A stretch of 64,000 bases of DNA, taken from positions 14,132-78,131 of the forward strand of contig JBBDWO010000025.1 of the NCBI GenBank assembly GCA_040902765.1, written 5' to 3'. The position numbers and the translations under genes were made by a program. The stretch's first letter is position 1. Each line of letters starts with the position of its first letter. Below the pieces are notes generated by a model that was not told the DNA's origin, searched no databases, and saw only the letters and a list, made by a program, of their open reading frames with translations. The DNA is from Acidimicrobiia bacterium. Its GTDB lineage: Bacteria; Actinomycetota; Acidimicrobiia; Spongiisociales; UBA11373. This document shows, piece after piece, positions 9,369-20,125 of this stretch.

Positions 9369-10839
9369 GTGCGCTTCACGCCAGATCGCGACGACTTCAT
9401 CACCATGGCTGCCGACCACTCGATGGTGCCGGTTCGTCTCGAGCTGATCGCCGACCGGTGGACCCCGGTGGCGCTGTTCGAACGGCTCGCCGGTGATGGA
9501 CCCGCCTTCCTCCTCGAGTCGGTGGAGGGCGGCGAGCGCTGGGGTCGCTGGTCGTTCGTGGGTTGGGATCCGCTGTTCGTCGTGGAGGCCGAGGCTGACG
9601 GCGCGGTGATCTCGGAAGCGGGGACCGACCTGTCGGGTCTCGACCCGCTGCAGGCTCTGGAGACGGTGGTTGGTGCCCATCGAACACCTGATGCCCCCGG
9701 GCTGCCGCCCCTGCACAGCGGGCTGGTCGGCTATCTCGGCTACGACGCGGTGCGGTACATCGAGCATCTCCCCGATCGTCCACCCGACGACCGAGACCTG
9801 CCGCTCATGTCGTGGCAGGCGGTCGGATCGCTCGCCGCCTTCGACCATCTCCGCCAGCGGGTCACGCTGCTGCGCAACGTGATCGTGACCGGCGCCGATC
9901 CGGGCACTGGGTACGACGACGCCGTAGCTCGTCTCAGCGAGGCCGTGGCGGCGCTGGAGGCGCCCGGTCCGGTCGGCCGCCGTCGGCGGCTTCGATGGCG
10001 CCGGACCGATCGACGCCTCACCCACCCTGGGACGCGAGGAGTTCATGTCGATCGTGCGCTCGCTGAAGGAGCACATCGCCGCCGGGGACGCCTTCCAGGT
10101 GGTGCCCTCGGTGCGGTTCGACGTCGAAGACGTCGGCGACCCGTTTGCCGTGTACCGGGCACTCCGCCTCTCCAACCCGTCGCCCTACATGTTCTTCTTG
10201 AGAACCGCCTCGGTGACGATCGTCGGGTCGTCCCCGGAACTGATGGTGCGGGTGCGCGACGGGAAGGTGAGCAGCAGGCCCATCGCCGGTACGCGACCCC
10301 GAGGTGGCAACGAGGCCGAGGACGCCGCTCTCGAAGCGGAGCTGTGTGCCGACGAGAAGGAACGCGCCGAGCACGTGATGCTCGTGGACCTGGCCCGCAA
10401 CGATGTCGGGCGGGTGGCCCGGTACGGGACGGTGTCGGTCGACGAGTTGATGGTGGTCGAGCGGTACTCCCATGTGATGCACATCGTCTCGGCCGTCTCC
10501 GGCGATCTGCGCGACGGGGTGACCGCGGTCGACGTCGTGCGCGCCACGTTCCCTCACGGGACCGTCACCGGGGCCCCAAAGGTGCGGGCCATGCAGTTGA
10601 TCGATGAGATGGAGCCGACGGCCCGGGGACCGTACGCCGGCGCCGTTGGTTACCTGGACTTTTCCGGCAACCTCGACACCGCCATCGCCCTGCGCACCCT
10701 GATCACCCGGGACGGCGCCGGATGGGTGCAGGCGGGGGCGGGTGTGGTCGCCGACAGCGACCCTGCCGCTGAGTACGAGGAGTGCCGCGCCAAGGCGGCG
10801 GCGGTACTGGCGGCCATCGCGGCAGCACGCCATGTCTGA
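9369..10839 (+). pseudogene. trpE: anthranilate synthase component I; the reading frame is broken by a +1 shift near 9975 (authentic frameshift or sequencing error)
   Basis: The N-terminal TrpE region (up to ...LEAPGPVG) is in frame 0. The catalytic chorismate-binding region ([43 protein letters not shown]...[13 protein letters not shown]...) continues in frame +1 from about 9976. The frame 0 reading beyond 9977 is Arg-rich nonsense. Confidence 0.6.
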
Positions 10840-11779
10840 GTCGGTGTCGCCGCCGTCCTACGGGGACGTGACTGCGGAGTATGGAGCCCTGGTCGACGGG
10901 TGTGCCGCCATCGAGGGTTCCCGTCACCTGGTGTGGGTGAGGGGTTCGGATGCGGTGGCGTTTCTCGACGGTCAGATCAGCCAGGACGTCGCCGGGATGG
11001 AGCCCGGTACGGTCGCCCGGTCGTTCCTGCTCGAGCCCCGCGGAAAGATCGTCGCCCTCCTGTGGGTGCTGCGGGGTGAATCCGAAGTGGGCCTGGTCAT
11101 CGACGCCGGACGAACCCGGGAAGTCGTCGATGCCCTCGAGCGGTTCAGATTCCGGGTGGACGCCACCCTGGAGGAGGCGCTGCCGTTGGTGGAACTGTGG
11201 GGCCCGGAGACGGATGCCGCTCTCGACCGACTCGGACTGGGCGGTGTGGCGGGGTGGAGCCGCGTCGACGATGGCATCGTGGCCCGACTCCCGTCCCGGT
11301 CGCCCGTCGTGACCCTGACCGGGGTCGAGGCCGCCAGGCTCGACTCTGCTGGAGTGGTCCGGGTCGGGACCATCGCCGCCACCACCGTGCGGATCGAGTC
11401 GGGGGAGCCGGTCTCAGGGGTCGACATCGACGAGACGACGATTCCTCAGGAGACCGGCCTGGTCGATGAGGCGGTGTCGTTCACCAAGGGCTGCTTCCTG
11501 GGACAGGAGCTCGTCGCTCGCATCGACTCGCGGGGTCGGGTGAATCGCCATCTTCGTGGCGTCGTGATGACCGAGAATCTGATCCCACCGGTGGGGGCCA
11601 TCGTCGGGCACGAGGGGGTCGACGTGGGTCGCCTCACCTCGGTGGGCGAGTCACTGCGCGTCGGCGCGCCCATCGCCTTGGCCCTGGTGCGACGCGAGGT
11701 CGAGCCCGAAGCGACGGTGCGGGTGAGCTGGGACGGTGGCTCGGCTGGAGCCGTGGTGCGTAGCCTGCCCCTGGCGTGA
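10832..11779 (+). CDS. YgfZ/GcvT-like folate-binding (aminomethyltransferase family) protein
   Basis: The start overlaps the trpE stop in an ATGTCTGA arrangement. The sequence has a GcvT-like fold (EYGALVDG..., [34 protein letters not shown]). Confidence 0.6.
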   Translation: MSESVSPPSYGDVTAEYGALVDGCAAIEGSRHLVWVRGSDAVAFLDGQISQDVAGMEPGTVARSFLLEPRGKIVALLWVLRGESEVGLVIDAGRTREVVDALERFRFRVDATLEEALPLVELWGPETDAALDRLGLGGVAGWSRVDDGIVARLPSRSPVVTLTGVEAARLDSAGVVRVGTIAATTVRIESGEPVSGVDIDETTIPQETGLVDEAVSFTKGCFLGQELVARIDSRGRVNRHLRGVVMTENLIPPVGAIVGHEGVDVGRLTSVGESLRVGAPIALALVRREVEPEATVRVSWDGGSAGAVVRSLPLA

Positions 11780-11818
11780 TCGCGGGTCGTTGCACGCGGT
11801 AGGTACCGTGGGCCGACG

Positions 11819-12622
11819 ATGACGGCTGCCGACACCGATATCACCCCGCAGGCAGTGCTCCGGCGACTCGTCGACGGCTCGCGGGAACGAGCCGAGTCGT
11901 TGCGGCCTCATCTGGATCGGCTCGTCGGCCACTGCGCCACGATGGCGCCGGTGCGGAGCCTCGGAGCCGCTCTGCGACAGCCCGGCATGAGCATCATCGC
12001 CGAGATCAAGCGGCGCTCGCCGTCCGTCGGACCGATCGCCCCCGACGTCGATGCCATCGCCCTCGCCCATGCCTACCAGGCCGGTGGGGCGGCAGCGGTG
12101 TCGGTGCTCACCGAGCCGATCGGCTTCGGTGCCTGGCCGGCTGATCTACCCGCGGTGGCGCGTCACGCCGACCTACCCACGCTGCGCAAGGACTTCGTGG
12201 TCGAGGCCGTCCAGGTCTGGGAGACACGGGCAATGGGGGCGGACGCCGTGCTGCTGATCGTCGCCATCCTCGGCGATGGTGCCCTGGCGCGCCTGCTCGC
12301 CGAGGCCCGCGCCGCCGGGTTGGAGGCCCTCGTCGAAGCGCACACCGGGGCCGAGGTCGCCGCCGCGGTCGACGCCGGGGCCGACATCGTGGGTGTCAAC
12401 AACCGCGATCTCGGCACCTTTGCCGTCGATCTGGCCACTGCCGAGCGGCTGCGGGCTGCGATACCAGACGGCGTGGTCACGGTGGCCGAGAGCGGGGTGT
12501 CGTCGCCGGCGGCCGCCGCCCGCATGACCGACGCCGGATATGACGCCATCCTGGTCGGGGAGGCGGCGTCGCGGGCTGCCGATCCCACCGGCTTCATCGC
12601 CTCACTACGGACCGCTCGATGA
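11819..12622 (+). CDS. trpC: indole-3-glycerol phosphate synthase
   Basis: IGPS motifs are present (IIAEIKRRSPSVG, LTEP..F, LRKDFVV, NNRDL). Confidence 0.9.
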   Translation: MTAADTDITPQAVLRRLVDGSRERAESLRPHLDRLVGHCATMAPVRSLGAALRQPGMSIIAEIKRRSPSVGPIAPDVDAIALAHAYQAGGAAAVSVLTEPIGFGAWPADLPAVARHADLPTLRKDFVVEAVQVWETRAMGADAVLLIVAILGDGALARLLAEARAAGLEALVEAHTGAEVAAAVDAGADIVGVNNRDLGTFAVDLATAERLRAAIPDGVVTVAESGVSSPAAAARMTDAGYDAILVGEAASRAADPTGFIASLRTAR

Positions 12623-13221
12623 CCTGGGTTAAGCTCTGCGGGCTCACCAATCGCCCCGACGTCGACGTCTCGGTGGAGGCGGGGGCCGACGCCGTCGGCG
12701 TTGTCGTCGAGGCTGATTCGCCACGGTCGGTCGACCTGCGAGTGGCGGCGGAGCTGATCGCCGGACTCGAGGTGTCGACGGTGATGGTGACGGTCGACGA
12801 GCCCGCGGACCGACTGGTGGCGATCGCCAGCGAAGCGGGATTCACCGGCATCCAGCCACACGGCCGCCACGCCAGTGAGGCGGCGAAGGCCGGTATCGCG
12901 GCCGGCCTCCTCGTCTTGTTCCCGGTCGCGGTCGGCGCGGAGCCGCCGGATCTCTCTGCGGTGCCCGACGGAGCCGTGCCGCTGCTCGACACGGCCGAGC
13001 CGAAGCGCCATGGGGGCACGGGCCGGTCCTTCGACTGGGCGCTGGCCACTGACCCGGGTCGGCGCATCGTGCTGGCCGGGGGACTGACTCCGACGACGGT
13101 GGCCGGGGCGGTGGCCGCTGTCCACCCCTGGGGGGTCGACGTGGCTAGCGGGGTGGAGCGGTCGCCCGGCGTCAAGGATCACGATGCGGTCAGGTCGTTC
13201 GTGCGGGAGGCGAAGCGGTGA
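12619..13221 (+). CDS. trpF: phosphoribosylanthranilate isomerase
   Basis: WVKLCGLT N-terminus and C-terminal [10 protein letters not shown], consistent with a PRAI TIM barrel. The start overlaps the trpC stop (ATGA). Confidence 0.85.
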   Translation: MTWVKLCGLTNRPDVDVSVEAGADAVGVVVEADSPRSVDLRVAAELIAGLEVSTVMVTVDEPADRLVAIASEAGFTGIQPHGRHASEAAKAGIAAGLLVLFPVAVGAEPPDLSAVPDGAVPLLDTAEPKRHGGTGRSFDWALATDPGRRIVLAGGLTPTTVAGAVAAVHPWGVDVASGVERSPGVKDHDAVRSFVREAKR

Positions 13222-14384
13222 CCGTCATGAGCCGCCCCGACGATCGCGGACGATTCGGTGCCTATGGCGGCCGATTCGCCCCAGAAACCCTCATCCCGGC
13301 GTTGGAGGCGTTGGAGGAGGAGTTCGAGGCGGCGATGACGGATCCCGGGTTCCTGGGAGAGCTGTCCGATCTGCTCCGCGACTTCGTGGGAAGACCGACC
13401 CCACTGTACCAGGCGAGCCGTCTGTCGGAGACGTTGGGTGTTCAGGTGCTGCTCAAGCGGGAGGACCTCGCCCATACCGGCGCCCACAAGATCAACAACA
13501 CCGTCGGCCAGGGCCTGCTCGCCCGCCGGATGGGGAAGCCCCGGGTCATCGCCGAGACCGGGGCGGGCCAGCACGGGGTGGCGACGGCGACGGCCTGCGC
13601 CCTGTTCGGCCTCGAGTGCGAGGTCTTCATGGGCGCGGTCGACATCGAACGCCAGGCGATCAACGTCGACCGCATGCGGATGTTGGGAGCCACGGTGAAA
13701 CCGGTGACCGCCGGTGCCGGAACCCTGAAGGACGCGGTGAGCGCCGCCCTCCGCGATTGGGTGGCCACGGTCGAGACCACCCACTACATCATCGGGTCGG
13801 TAGTCGGTCCGCATCCTTTCCCGACCATCGTCAGGGAGTTCCAACGGGTGATCGGCGAGGAGACGTTGACCCAACTGGGGGATCGTCGCCCCGACGTGGT
13901 CGTGGCTTGCGTGGGTGGCGGGTCGAACTCGATGGGCATGTTCCATCCCTTCGCCGACCGCGAGGTGGACCTGGTGGGTGTCGAGGCCGGGGGAGACGGG
14001 CTGAGCAGCGGGCGCCATGGGGCGACGCTCTCCGCCGGCAGTCCCGGGGTCCTTCATGGCGCGATGACCTACATGCTCCAGGACGACGAGGGCCAGGTGC
14101 TCGAGGCCCACTCGATCTCGGCGGGCCTCGACTATCCCGGGGTCGGTCCGGAGCACGCCTACTTCAAGGATGCCGGCATCGCCCGGTACGAGTCGGTTAC
14201 CGATGACGAGGCGGTCGAGGCCATGACCCTGCTCTCGGCTCTCGAGGGCATCGTGCCCGCCCTCGAGTCGGCCCACGCCATCGCCTGGATCGCGCGGGAG
14301 CGAATCGCGCTGGCGGGCAAGACGGTGGTCGTGTGTCTCAGCGGCCGCGGGGACAAGGATCTCGACCTCGTGCGGAATCGATGA
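13218..14384 (+). CDS. trpB: tryptophan synthase beta chain
   Basis: [22 protein letters not shown] (PLP lysine) and GGGSNSMG motifs. Confidence 0.95.
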   Translation: MTVMSRPDDRGRFGAYGGRFAPETLIPALEALEEEFEAAMTDPGFLGELSDLLRDFVGRPTPLYQASRLSETLGVQVLLKREDLAHTGAHKINNTVGQGLLARRMGKPRVIAETGAGQHGVATATACALFGLECEVFMGAVDIERQAINVDRMRMLGATVKPVTAGAGTLKDAVSAALRDWVATVETTHYIIGSVVGPHPFPTIVREFQRVIGEETLTQLGDRRPDVVVACVGGGSNSMGMFHPFADREVDLVGVEAGGDGLSSGRHGATLSAGSPGVLHGAMTYMLQDDEGQVLEAHSISAGLDYPGVGPEHAYFKDAGIARYESVTDDEAVEAMTLLSALEGIVPALESAHAIAWIARERIALAGKTVVVCLSGRGDKDLDLVRNR

Positions 14385-15172
14385 CTCTGGCGGCGGCGCT
14401 GCGCGCCGCCAGGTCGGAGGGGCGGACCCTGCTCCTCCCGTACCTCATGGCGGGTGTGCCGACCCGGGAGGCGACGGTCGATCTCTTCATGGCGATGACC
14501 GAGGCAGGTGCCGACGGGTTCGAGGTCGGGATCCCGTACGCCGATCCGCTCATGGACGGCCCGGTCATCGAGGCGGCAGGACGGTTGGCCCTCTCCTCGG
14601 GGACCACATTCGGCCGGGGGATGGAGTTGGCTGCACAGGTCGCCGACCGCACCGGGCTGCCGTGTGTGGTGATGACCTATGTGAACCCCATCCTGCGGCG
14701 GGGATACGAGCGCTTCTGTGCCGAGGTGGCCGCGGCGGGCCTCGACGGCATGATTGCCGCCGACCTCCCGGTGGACGAGGGTGAGCCACTGGCGATGGTC
14801 GCTAAGGAAGCCGGTGTCTCGCTCATACCGCTGGTGGCGCCGACGACGTCTCTCGAGCGGATCGGCCGCGCCGCCGCCATGGATCCGCCGTTCATCTACG
14901 CGGTGGCCGAGTTGGGAGTCACCGGCGAGCGCGCCGGGCCGAGCGAGGGTGCCTCCAGGCTGGTCGCTCGGATCCGCCAGGTGACCGACCTCCCGGTGGG
15001 GATGGGTGTGGGCATCTCGACCCCGGAACAGGCCCGGGACGCCGCCATGGTGGCCGACGCCGTGATTGTCGGGACGGCCGTGGTGCGCCGGGTCATGGAG
15101 GCCGGATCCAGCCGGGAGGCAACCCGGGCACTCACCGACCTGGTTGCTTCCCTGCGCGCCGCCATCGACTGA
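14381..15172 (+). CDS. trpA: tryptophan synthase alpha chain
   Basis: The start overlaps the trpB stop (ATGA). TrpA motifs are present ([18 protein letters not shown], ...GVSTPEQA...). Confidence 0.9.
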   Translation: MTLAAALRAARSEGRTLLLPYLMAGVPTREATVDLFMAMTEAGADGFEVGIPYADPLMDGPVIEAAGRLALSSGTTFGRGMELAAQVADRTGLPCVVMTYVNPILRRGYERFCAEVAAAGLDGMIAADLPVDEGEPLAMVAKEAGVSLIPLVAPTTSLERIGRAAAMDPPFIYAVAELGVTGERAGPSEGASRLVARIRQVTDLPVGMGVGISTPEQARDAAMVADAVIVGTAVVRRVMEAGSSREATRALTDLVASLRAAID

Positions 15173-15210
15173 TCGCAGTGGCGGGTGGCGGCGCGCCTAG
15201 CCTGACCGCC

Positions 15211-16917
15211 ATGACCGACTTCTTGCGGGTTGCGGGCGCCCAGATCGACGTCAGCGTCGGAGATCTCGACGGCAATGGTGACCGCATCGTCGAGGCGATC
15301 GGATGGGCCGAGGAGATCGGCGCCGACGTCATTCTGTTTCCCGAGCTCGCGGTCACTGGCTATCCGCCGGAGGATCTGTTGCTCCGAGAGGCGTTCCTGA
15401 CCGCCAGCATCGAGACGCTGCATCGAATCGCCGCCGCTACCGGCAACACGACGGCGGTGGTCGGGTTCGTGGACCGCGGCTACTCGTCGGCGCGCCACGA
15501 CGCCGGCCCGCCCCGACTCCACAATGCAGCCGCGCTCCTCCAGGGCGGGCGGCTGCGCGGCGTGTATCACAAGCGCCTCCTCCCCAACTACGGGGTGTTC
15601 GACGAGGACCGCTACTTCGTGGCGGGTCGGTCCCCGGGGGCTCTCTGGGAGATCAACGGGGTCGTGGCCGGGGTGTCGATCTGCGAGGACATCTGGGTCG
15701 CCGATGGCCCCCACGCAGCGCAGGCGGACGCCGGAGCCGACATCCTGCTCAACATCAACGGTTCGCCGTTCCACCGGGGAAAGGGAGGGGAGCGGGCTGC
15801 GATGCTCGCCGAGCGAGCTCGAGCGACCGGTCTGCCGCTCGTCTACCTCAACATGATCGGGAGCCAGGACGAGCTGGTGTTCGATGGACAGAGCATGGTC
15901 TTCGACGCCGCGGGCTCGCTGCTGTACCGGGGGCCGCAGTTCGCCGAGGACCTCTTCTGGGTGGACGTGCCGCTCTCGGAGTCGGGGCGAGCCGGTGTGG
16001 AGGCGACGGTGGTGAGCAACGGGGATCTGCTTGAGGATGAGCCGGAACCGCCGCCGGCCAGCCATCCGCCGTTGGACGATCTCGCCGAAGTGTACGCAGC
16101 CCTCACTCACGGGCTCGAGGGCTATGTGCGCAAGAACGGGTTCAACGGCGTCGTCATCGGTCTCTCCGGGGGGATCGACTCGTCCCTCACGGCAGCCGTC
16201 GCAGCCGACGCGCTGGGCGCCGATGGTGTGTGGGGGGTGGCGATGCCGTCGCGCCACAGCAGCGGAGGTTCCATCACCGATGCCCGGGCGCTCGCCGAGA
16301 ACCTGGGGATCCGCTTCGACGTCGTGTCGATCGAGCCACCGTACACCGGATTCCTGGAGACCCTCGAGCCGCTCTTCGCCGGTCGTGAGCCCGGCGTCGC
16401 CCACGAGAACCTCCAGGCCCGCATCCGGGGGGCGATCCTCATGGCGCTGTCCAACGAGTTCGGCGGGATGCTGCTCACCACCGGTAACAAGTCGGAGATG
16501 TCCGTGGGCTACGCCACGCTCTACGGCGACATGGCGGGGGGCTTCTCGGTGCTCAAGGACGTCTACAAGACCCTGGTGTGGGATCTGGCCCGCTGGCGGA
16601 ATCGCGACGGGGAGGTCATCCCCCAGGCCAGCATCGACAAGCCGCCGTCGGCCGAGCTGCGTGACGACCAGTTGGACACCGACAGCCTGCCTCCCTACGC
16701 CGAGCTGGATCCGATCCTCGAGCAGTACATCGAGGGGGACGCGTCGGTGCGCAGCATCGTCGCCGACGGGTTCGACGCCGGTCTCGTCGCCCGCATCGCA
16801 CGCATGGTCGACGCCAACGAGTACAAGCGTCGCCAGGCGGCACCGGGCGTCCGGATCACCACGAAGGGCCTGGGCCGAGATCGGCGCCTGCCGATCACCA
16901 ACCACTTCCGAGGCTGA
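15211..16917 (+). CDS. nadE: glutamine-dependent NAD+ synthetase (N-terminal CN-hydrolase domain plus NAD synthase domain)
   Basis: Nitrilase-family N-terminus (LRVAGAQIDVSVGD, FPELAVTGYPPEDLL, ICEDIW) and PP-loop SGGIDSS in the C-terminal domain. Confidence 0.9.
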   Translation: MTDFLRVAGAQIDVSVGDLDGNGDRIVEAIGWAEEIGADVILFPELAVTGYPPEDLLLREAFLTASIETLHRIAAATGNTTAVVGFVDRGYSSARHDAGPPRLHNAAALLQGGRLRGVYHKRLLPNYGVFDEDRYFVAGRSPGALWEINGVVAGVSICEDIWVADGPHAAQADAGADILLNINGSPFHRGKGGERAAMLAERARATGLPLVYLNMIGSQDELVFDGQSMVFDAAGSLLYRGPQFAEDLFWVDVPLSESGRAGVEATVVSNGDLLEDEPEPPPASHPPLDDLAEVYAALTHGLEGYVRKNGFNGVVIGLSGGIDSSLTAAVAADALGADGVWGVAMPSRHSSGGSITDARALAENLGIRFDVVSIEPPYTGFLETLEPLFAGREPGVAHENLQARIRGAILMALSNEFGGMLLTTGNKSEMSVGYATLYGDMAGGFSVLKDVYKTLVWDLARWRNRDGEVIPQASIDKPPSAELRDDQLDTDSLPPYAELDPILEQYIEGDASVRSIVADGFDAGLVARIARMVDANEYKRRQAAPGVRITTKGLGRDRRLPITNHFRG

Positions 16918-17218
16918 TCAGTCGAGACGCGACAACAGCGTCGCCCGCTTCTCCTGGAGGCGTGCGAGCTGCCGCTCGAGCCGGTCGGTCACGGCTTGGA
17001 ATCGAGCCACATCGGCGCCGGTTATGCGAGCGTCCTCGCGTTCGATCGGTCCACCGACGGCGGCGTCACGCCGAGCATCGTCGTCCAGGTGTCGATGGAT
17101 GATCAACTCCTCTTTGGTGAGGCGGAGCTGCTCGTCGAGGGCGACGGTCTGGTCGGCGATGGCGAGAAGCCGTCGTTCGATGCGCTTCACGGAGGCATGG
17201 TACGCCGGGCGTATCATG
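16918..17218 (-). CDS. hypothetical coiled-coil protein (about 100 aa)
   Basis: The ORF is convergent with nadE and has coiled-coil-like composition ([21 protein letters not shown]). The longer ORF-track version (to 17433) runs antisense across tRNA-Leu, so it is truncated here at the ATG at 17218. Confidence 0.35.
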
Positions 17219-17228
17219 GCGAGGCCTC

Positions 17229-17311
17229 GCCGGGGTGGTGGAACGGCAGACACGATGGACTCAAAATCCATTGTCCGAAAGGACGTGCGGGTTCGACTCC
17301 CGCTCCCGGCA
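17229..17311 (+). tRNA. tRNA-Leu (anticodon CAA), class II tRNA with long variable arm
   Basis: GCCGGGG acceptor stem, D-arm GTGGTGGAACGGCAGAC, anticodon loop CTCAAAA, long variable arm, T-arm GCGGGTTCGACTCCCGC, and 3' acceptor strand TCCCGGC plus discriminator A. Confidence 0.85.
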
Positions 17312-17315
17312 CGGG

Positions 17316-17338
17316 CGTTCGGGCCTGCGGCCCGAACG
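17316..17338 (+). terminator. GC-rich hairpin immediately downstream of tRNA-Leu(CAA)
   Basis: Perfect inverted repeat CGTTCGGGCC-tg-CGGCCCGAACG. Confidence 0.5.
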
Positions 17339-17425
17339 CAGCTACCAGTGACCGGCTGCCAGCTACCAGCCAGAGAAGGGCCGACTCCGTTCTGGCTGGT
17401 AGCTGGCAGCCGGTAGCCTCCCTCT

Positions 17426-20050
17426 GTGCCCACCCTCGCTCTCCTCGACGGTCACTCACTGGCCTACCGCGCCTTCTACGCGCTGCCCAGCGACCTGGCC
17501 ACGGCATCCGGGCAGGTCACCAACGCGGTGTACGGGTTCACCTCGATGCTCATCAAGTTGCTCGGTGACGAGCGGCCCGACGCACTGGCCGTTGCCTGGG
17601 ACACGCCGAAGGCGACCTTTCGCAGCGAGCGGTTCCCGGACTACAAGGCACAGCGCGAGGCGGCCCCGGACCTCTTCAGGTCTCAGCTGCCGCTGATCCG
17701 GGAGGTCGCCGAGGTCTTGCGCATCCCGCAGTTTGAGGCTCCCGGATGGGAGGCCGACGACATCATCGCCACGCTGGCCCGTCGCGCCGACGAGGCGGGA
17801 TGGCAGGTGCTCGTGGTCACCGGCGACCGGGACGCCTTTCAGTTGATCGGCGGCGGGATTCGGGTCTACTACACGCGCCGGGGGATCACCGACACGATCA
17901 CCGCCGACGCCTCCTACGTTCAGGATCGGTACGGGGTCACTCCGGCGCAGTACGTCGACTATGCCGCCCTGCGCGGCGACTCCTCCGACAACCTTCCCGG
18001 GGTGCCGGGAGTGGGGGAGAAGACGGCCTCGCGGCTCATCTCCTCCTACGGCTCGCTGGAGGGCATCTACGAGCATCTCGACGAGCAGACGCCGAAGCTA
18101 CGCGAGAACCTCGAGGCAAACCGTGATCAGGCGTTCCTCAACCGTGAACTGACCCGACTGGTGGAGGATGTCGAGATCGATGCCGTACCGGATGATCTGG
18201 CCGTGCGGGAGTGGGATCCCACCGAGGTGCGGACGGTGTTCGATGGGCTCGCCTTTCGATCACTCTGGGATCGGCTGCGTGAGCTCGGTGGCGGCGAACC
18301 GATGGAGAGCGCCGAGCTGCTCGAGGTCGAGGTGGCGACGGTCGACGGCAACGCCTTGCCTGCGGGCGATCGGCTGGCTCTCGAAGGAGTGTGGGACGGG
18401 GCCGACCTGATCGGCTTCGCCGTCGCCGGCGACGATGGATCGGGTTGGTTCGTCCCGTTCGACCGCGCCATCGGCCTGACCGATCGCCTGTCTGATCCGG
18501 CTATCGGCAAGGCGATGCATGACGCCAAGCCGGTGATCCGCGCCTTGCTCGACGCAGGACTGGACCTGCAGGGCCTCACCTTCGACACGGCCCTGGCCGC
18601 CTACCTCATCGACCCGGCGCGTGGCACCCAGAGCCTGTCCGAGCTGGCAGGGCGACATCTCTCGGTCGACATCGAGACAGAGAGGGCGGGGACCGCCGCT
18701 GCCCAGGGAGCCCTCGACTTCGACGCTTCCGGACCCGACGTCGAGGGCGCGGTGCGTCGAGCAACCGCGGTGGCACGGCTCGTCGAACCGCTGGGCGAGC
18801 AAGTGGAGGCCCGGGGCGGTCGGGATCTGTACAACCTGGTGGAGCTCCCGCTGGTCCGCGTGCTGGCACGAATGGAGCAGGCGGGCATCCTCATCGACCG
18901 CGACTACCTGGAAACGCTCGGCACCGGTCTTCGGGATCGGCTCGCCACCCTCGAGGCCGACATCTACGAGAGTGCCGGTGAGCCGTTCAACATCAACTCC
19001 ACGCTCCAGCTGCGCGAGGTGCTATTCGACCGCCTCGGCCTGACCGTGACCAAGAAGACGCCGAAGGGCCTGCCGTCGACCGACGCCTCCGTGCTCCAGA
19101 AACTCGTCGATGAGCACCCGGTGGTCGAGCACCTGCTGCGGTTCCGGGAGCTGGAGAAGCTGCGGTCGACCTATGTCGACGGCCTGTTGCCGCTGCTCGA
19201 GGACGACGGACGGATCCGCTGCGTCTTCAACCAGACCGGCGCCGCCACCGGGCGCATCTCCTCGGAGCGACCGAACATGCAGAACATCCCGGTCAGGTCG
19301 GAGGAGGGCCGCACCATCCGTCGGGCCTTCGTGGCACCACCGGGATCGGTGTTCGTCGTGGCCGACTACAGCCAGATCGAGCTGCGGATACTGGCCCACA
19401 TGAGCGAGGACGCCGGTCTGGTCGGCGCCTTCGTGGAGGGGCAGGACATCCACACCGCCACCGCGGCGCGGGTGTTCGCTGTGGATCCGGGGGCGGTGAG
19501 CCCGGACCAGCGTCGGTTCGCCAAGGTGATCAACTTCGGACTGCTGTACGGCATGGAGGCGTACGGTCTCGCCCAGCGTCTTGAGATCGGCAACGACGAG
19601 GCGAAGGCTCACATAGAGGCGTACTTCTCGCAGTTCCCGGGGGTCAAGGACTTCATGGGTGGCATCGTCGCCGAGGCGCGCAACACCGGGTACACCGAGA
19701 CCATCCTGGGCCGGCGGCGCTACCTGCCTGAACTGACGTCGGACAACTTCCGGGAGCGTCAGGCGGGGGAGCGGATGGCCCTCAACGCCCCGATCCAGGG
19801 ATCCGCGGCAGACATCATCAAAAAGGCGATGGTGGATCTGGATGCCGAGATCGAGCGTGACCGCCTGCCGGCGGCGATGCTCCTGCAGGTGCACGACGAG
19901 TTGGTCCTCGAGGTGGAGGCGAGTGCAACGGACAGTCTCCTCGAGCGGGTCCGACGAGTCATGGAGGGCATCGTGGAGCTGCGGGTACCGCTCACCGTCG
20001 ACATCGGTGTCGGACCGTCGCTGGGGGAGATAGAGCGTCTCTCGCCGTGA
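17426..20050 (+). CDS. polA: DNA polymerase I
   Basis: 874 aa with an N-terminal 5'-3' exonuclease domain ([21 protein letters not shown]) and C-terminal family A polymerase motifs (DYSQIELR, ...HDE...). Confidence 0.95.
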   Translation: MPTLALLDGHSLAYRAFYALPSDLATASGQVTNAVYGFTSMLIKLLGDERPDALAVAWDTPKATFRSERFPDYKAQREAAPDLFRSQLPLIREVAEVLRIPQFEAPGWEADDIIATLARRADEAGWQVLVVTGDRDAFQLIGGGIRVYYTRRGITDTITADASYVQDRYGVTPAQYVDYAALRGDSSDNLPGVPGVGEKTASRLISSYGSLEGIYEHLDEQTPKLRENLEANRDQAFLNRELTRLVEDVEIDAVPDDLAVREWDPTEVRTVFDGLAFRSLWDRLRELGGGEPMESAELLEVEVATVDGNALPAGDRLALEGVWDGADLIGFAVAGDDGSGWFVPFDRAIGLTDRLSDPAIGKAMHDAKPVIRALLDAGLDLQGLTFDTALAAYLIDPARGTQSLSELAGRHLSVDIETERAGTAAAQGALDFDASGPDVEGAVRRATAVARLVEPLGEQVEARGGRDLYNLVELPLVRVLARMEQAGILIDRDYLETLGTGLRDRLATLEADIYESAGEPFNINSTLQLREVLFDRLGLTVTKKTPKGLPSTDASVLQKLVDEHPVVEHLLRFRELEKLRSTYVDGLLPLLEDDGRIRCVFNQTGAATGRISSERPNMQNIPVRSEEGRTIRRAFVAPPGSVFVVADYSQIELRILAHMSEDAGLVGAFVEGQDIHTATAARVFAVDPGAVSPDQRRFAKVINFGLLYGMEAYGLAQRLEIGNDEAKAHIEAYFSQFPGVKDFMGGIVAEARNTGYTETILGRRRYLPELTSDNFRERQAGERMALNAPIQGSAADIIKKAMVDLDAEIERDRLPAAMLLQVHDELVLEVEASATDSLLERVRRVMEGIVELRVPLTVDIGVGPSLGEIERLSP

Positions 20051-20125
20051 TCGCGGTGTCGGGCCTGTCGGGCCTGTGATACGCTGGCGCCGTCTTCGGG
20101 CAGTCTGCTCGGAGAAGTCCCATCC

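Noticed and set aside
14896-16905. 669-aa minus-strand ORF
   Set aside because: It is antisense to nadE, which has strong NAD synthetase motifs on the plus strand.
17219-17433. Extension of minus-strand ORF 16918..17433 across 17229-17311
   Set aside because: That stretch is a well-formed tRNA-Leu(CAA) gene on the plus strand. The protein was truncated to the ATG at 17218.
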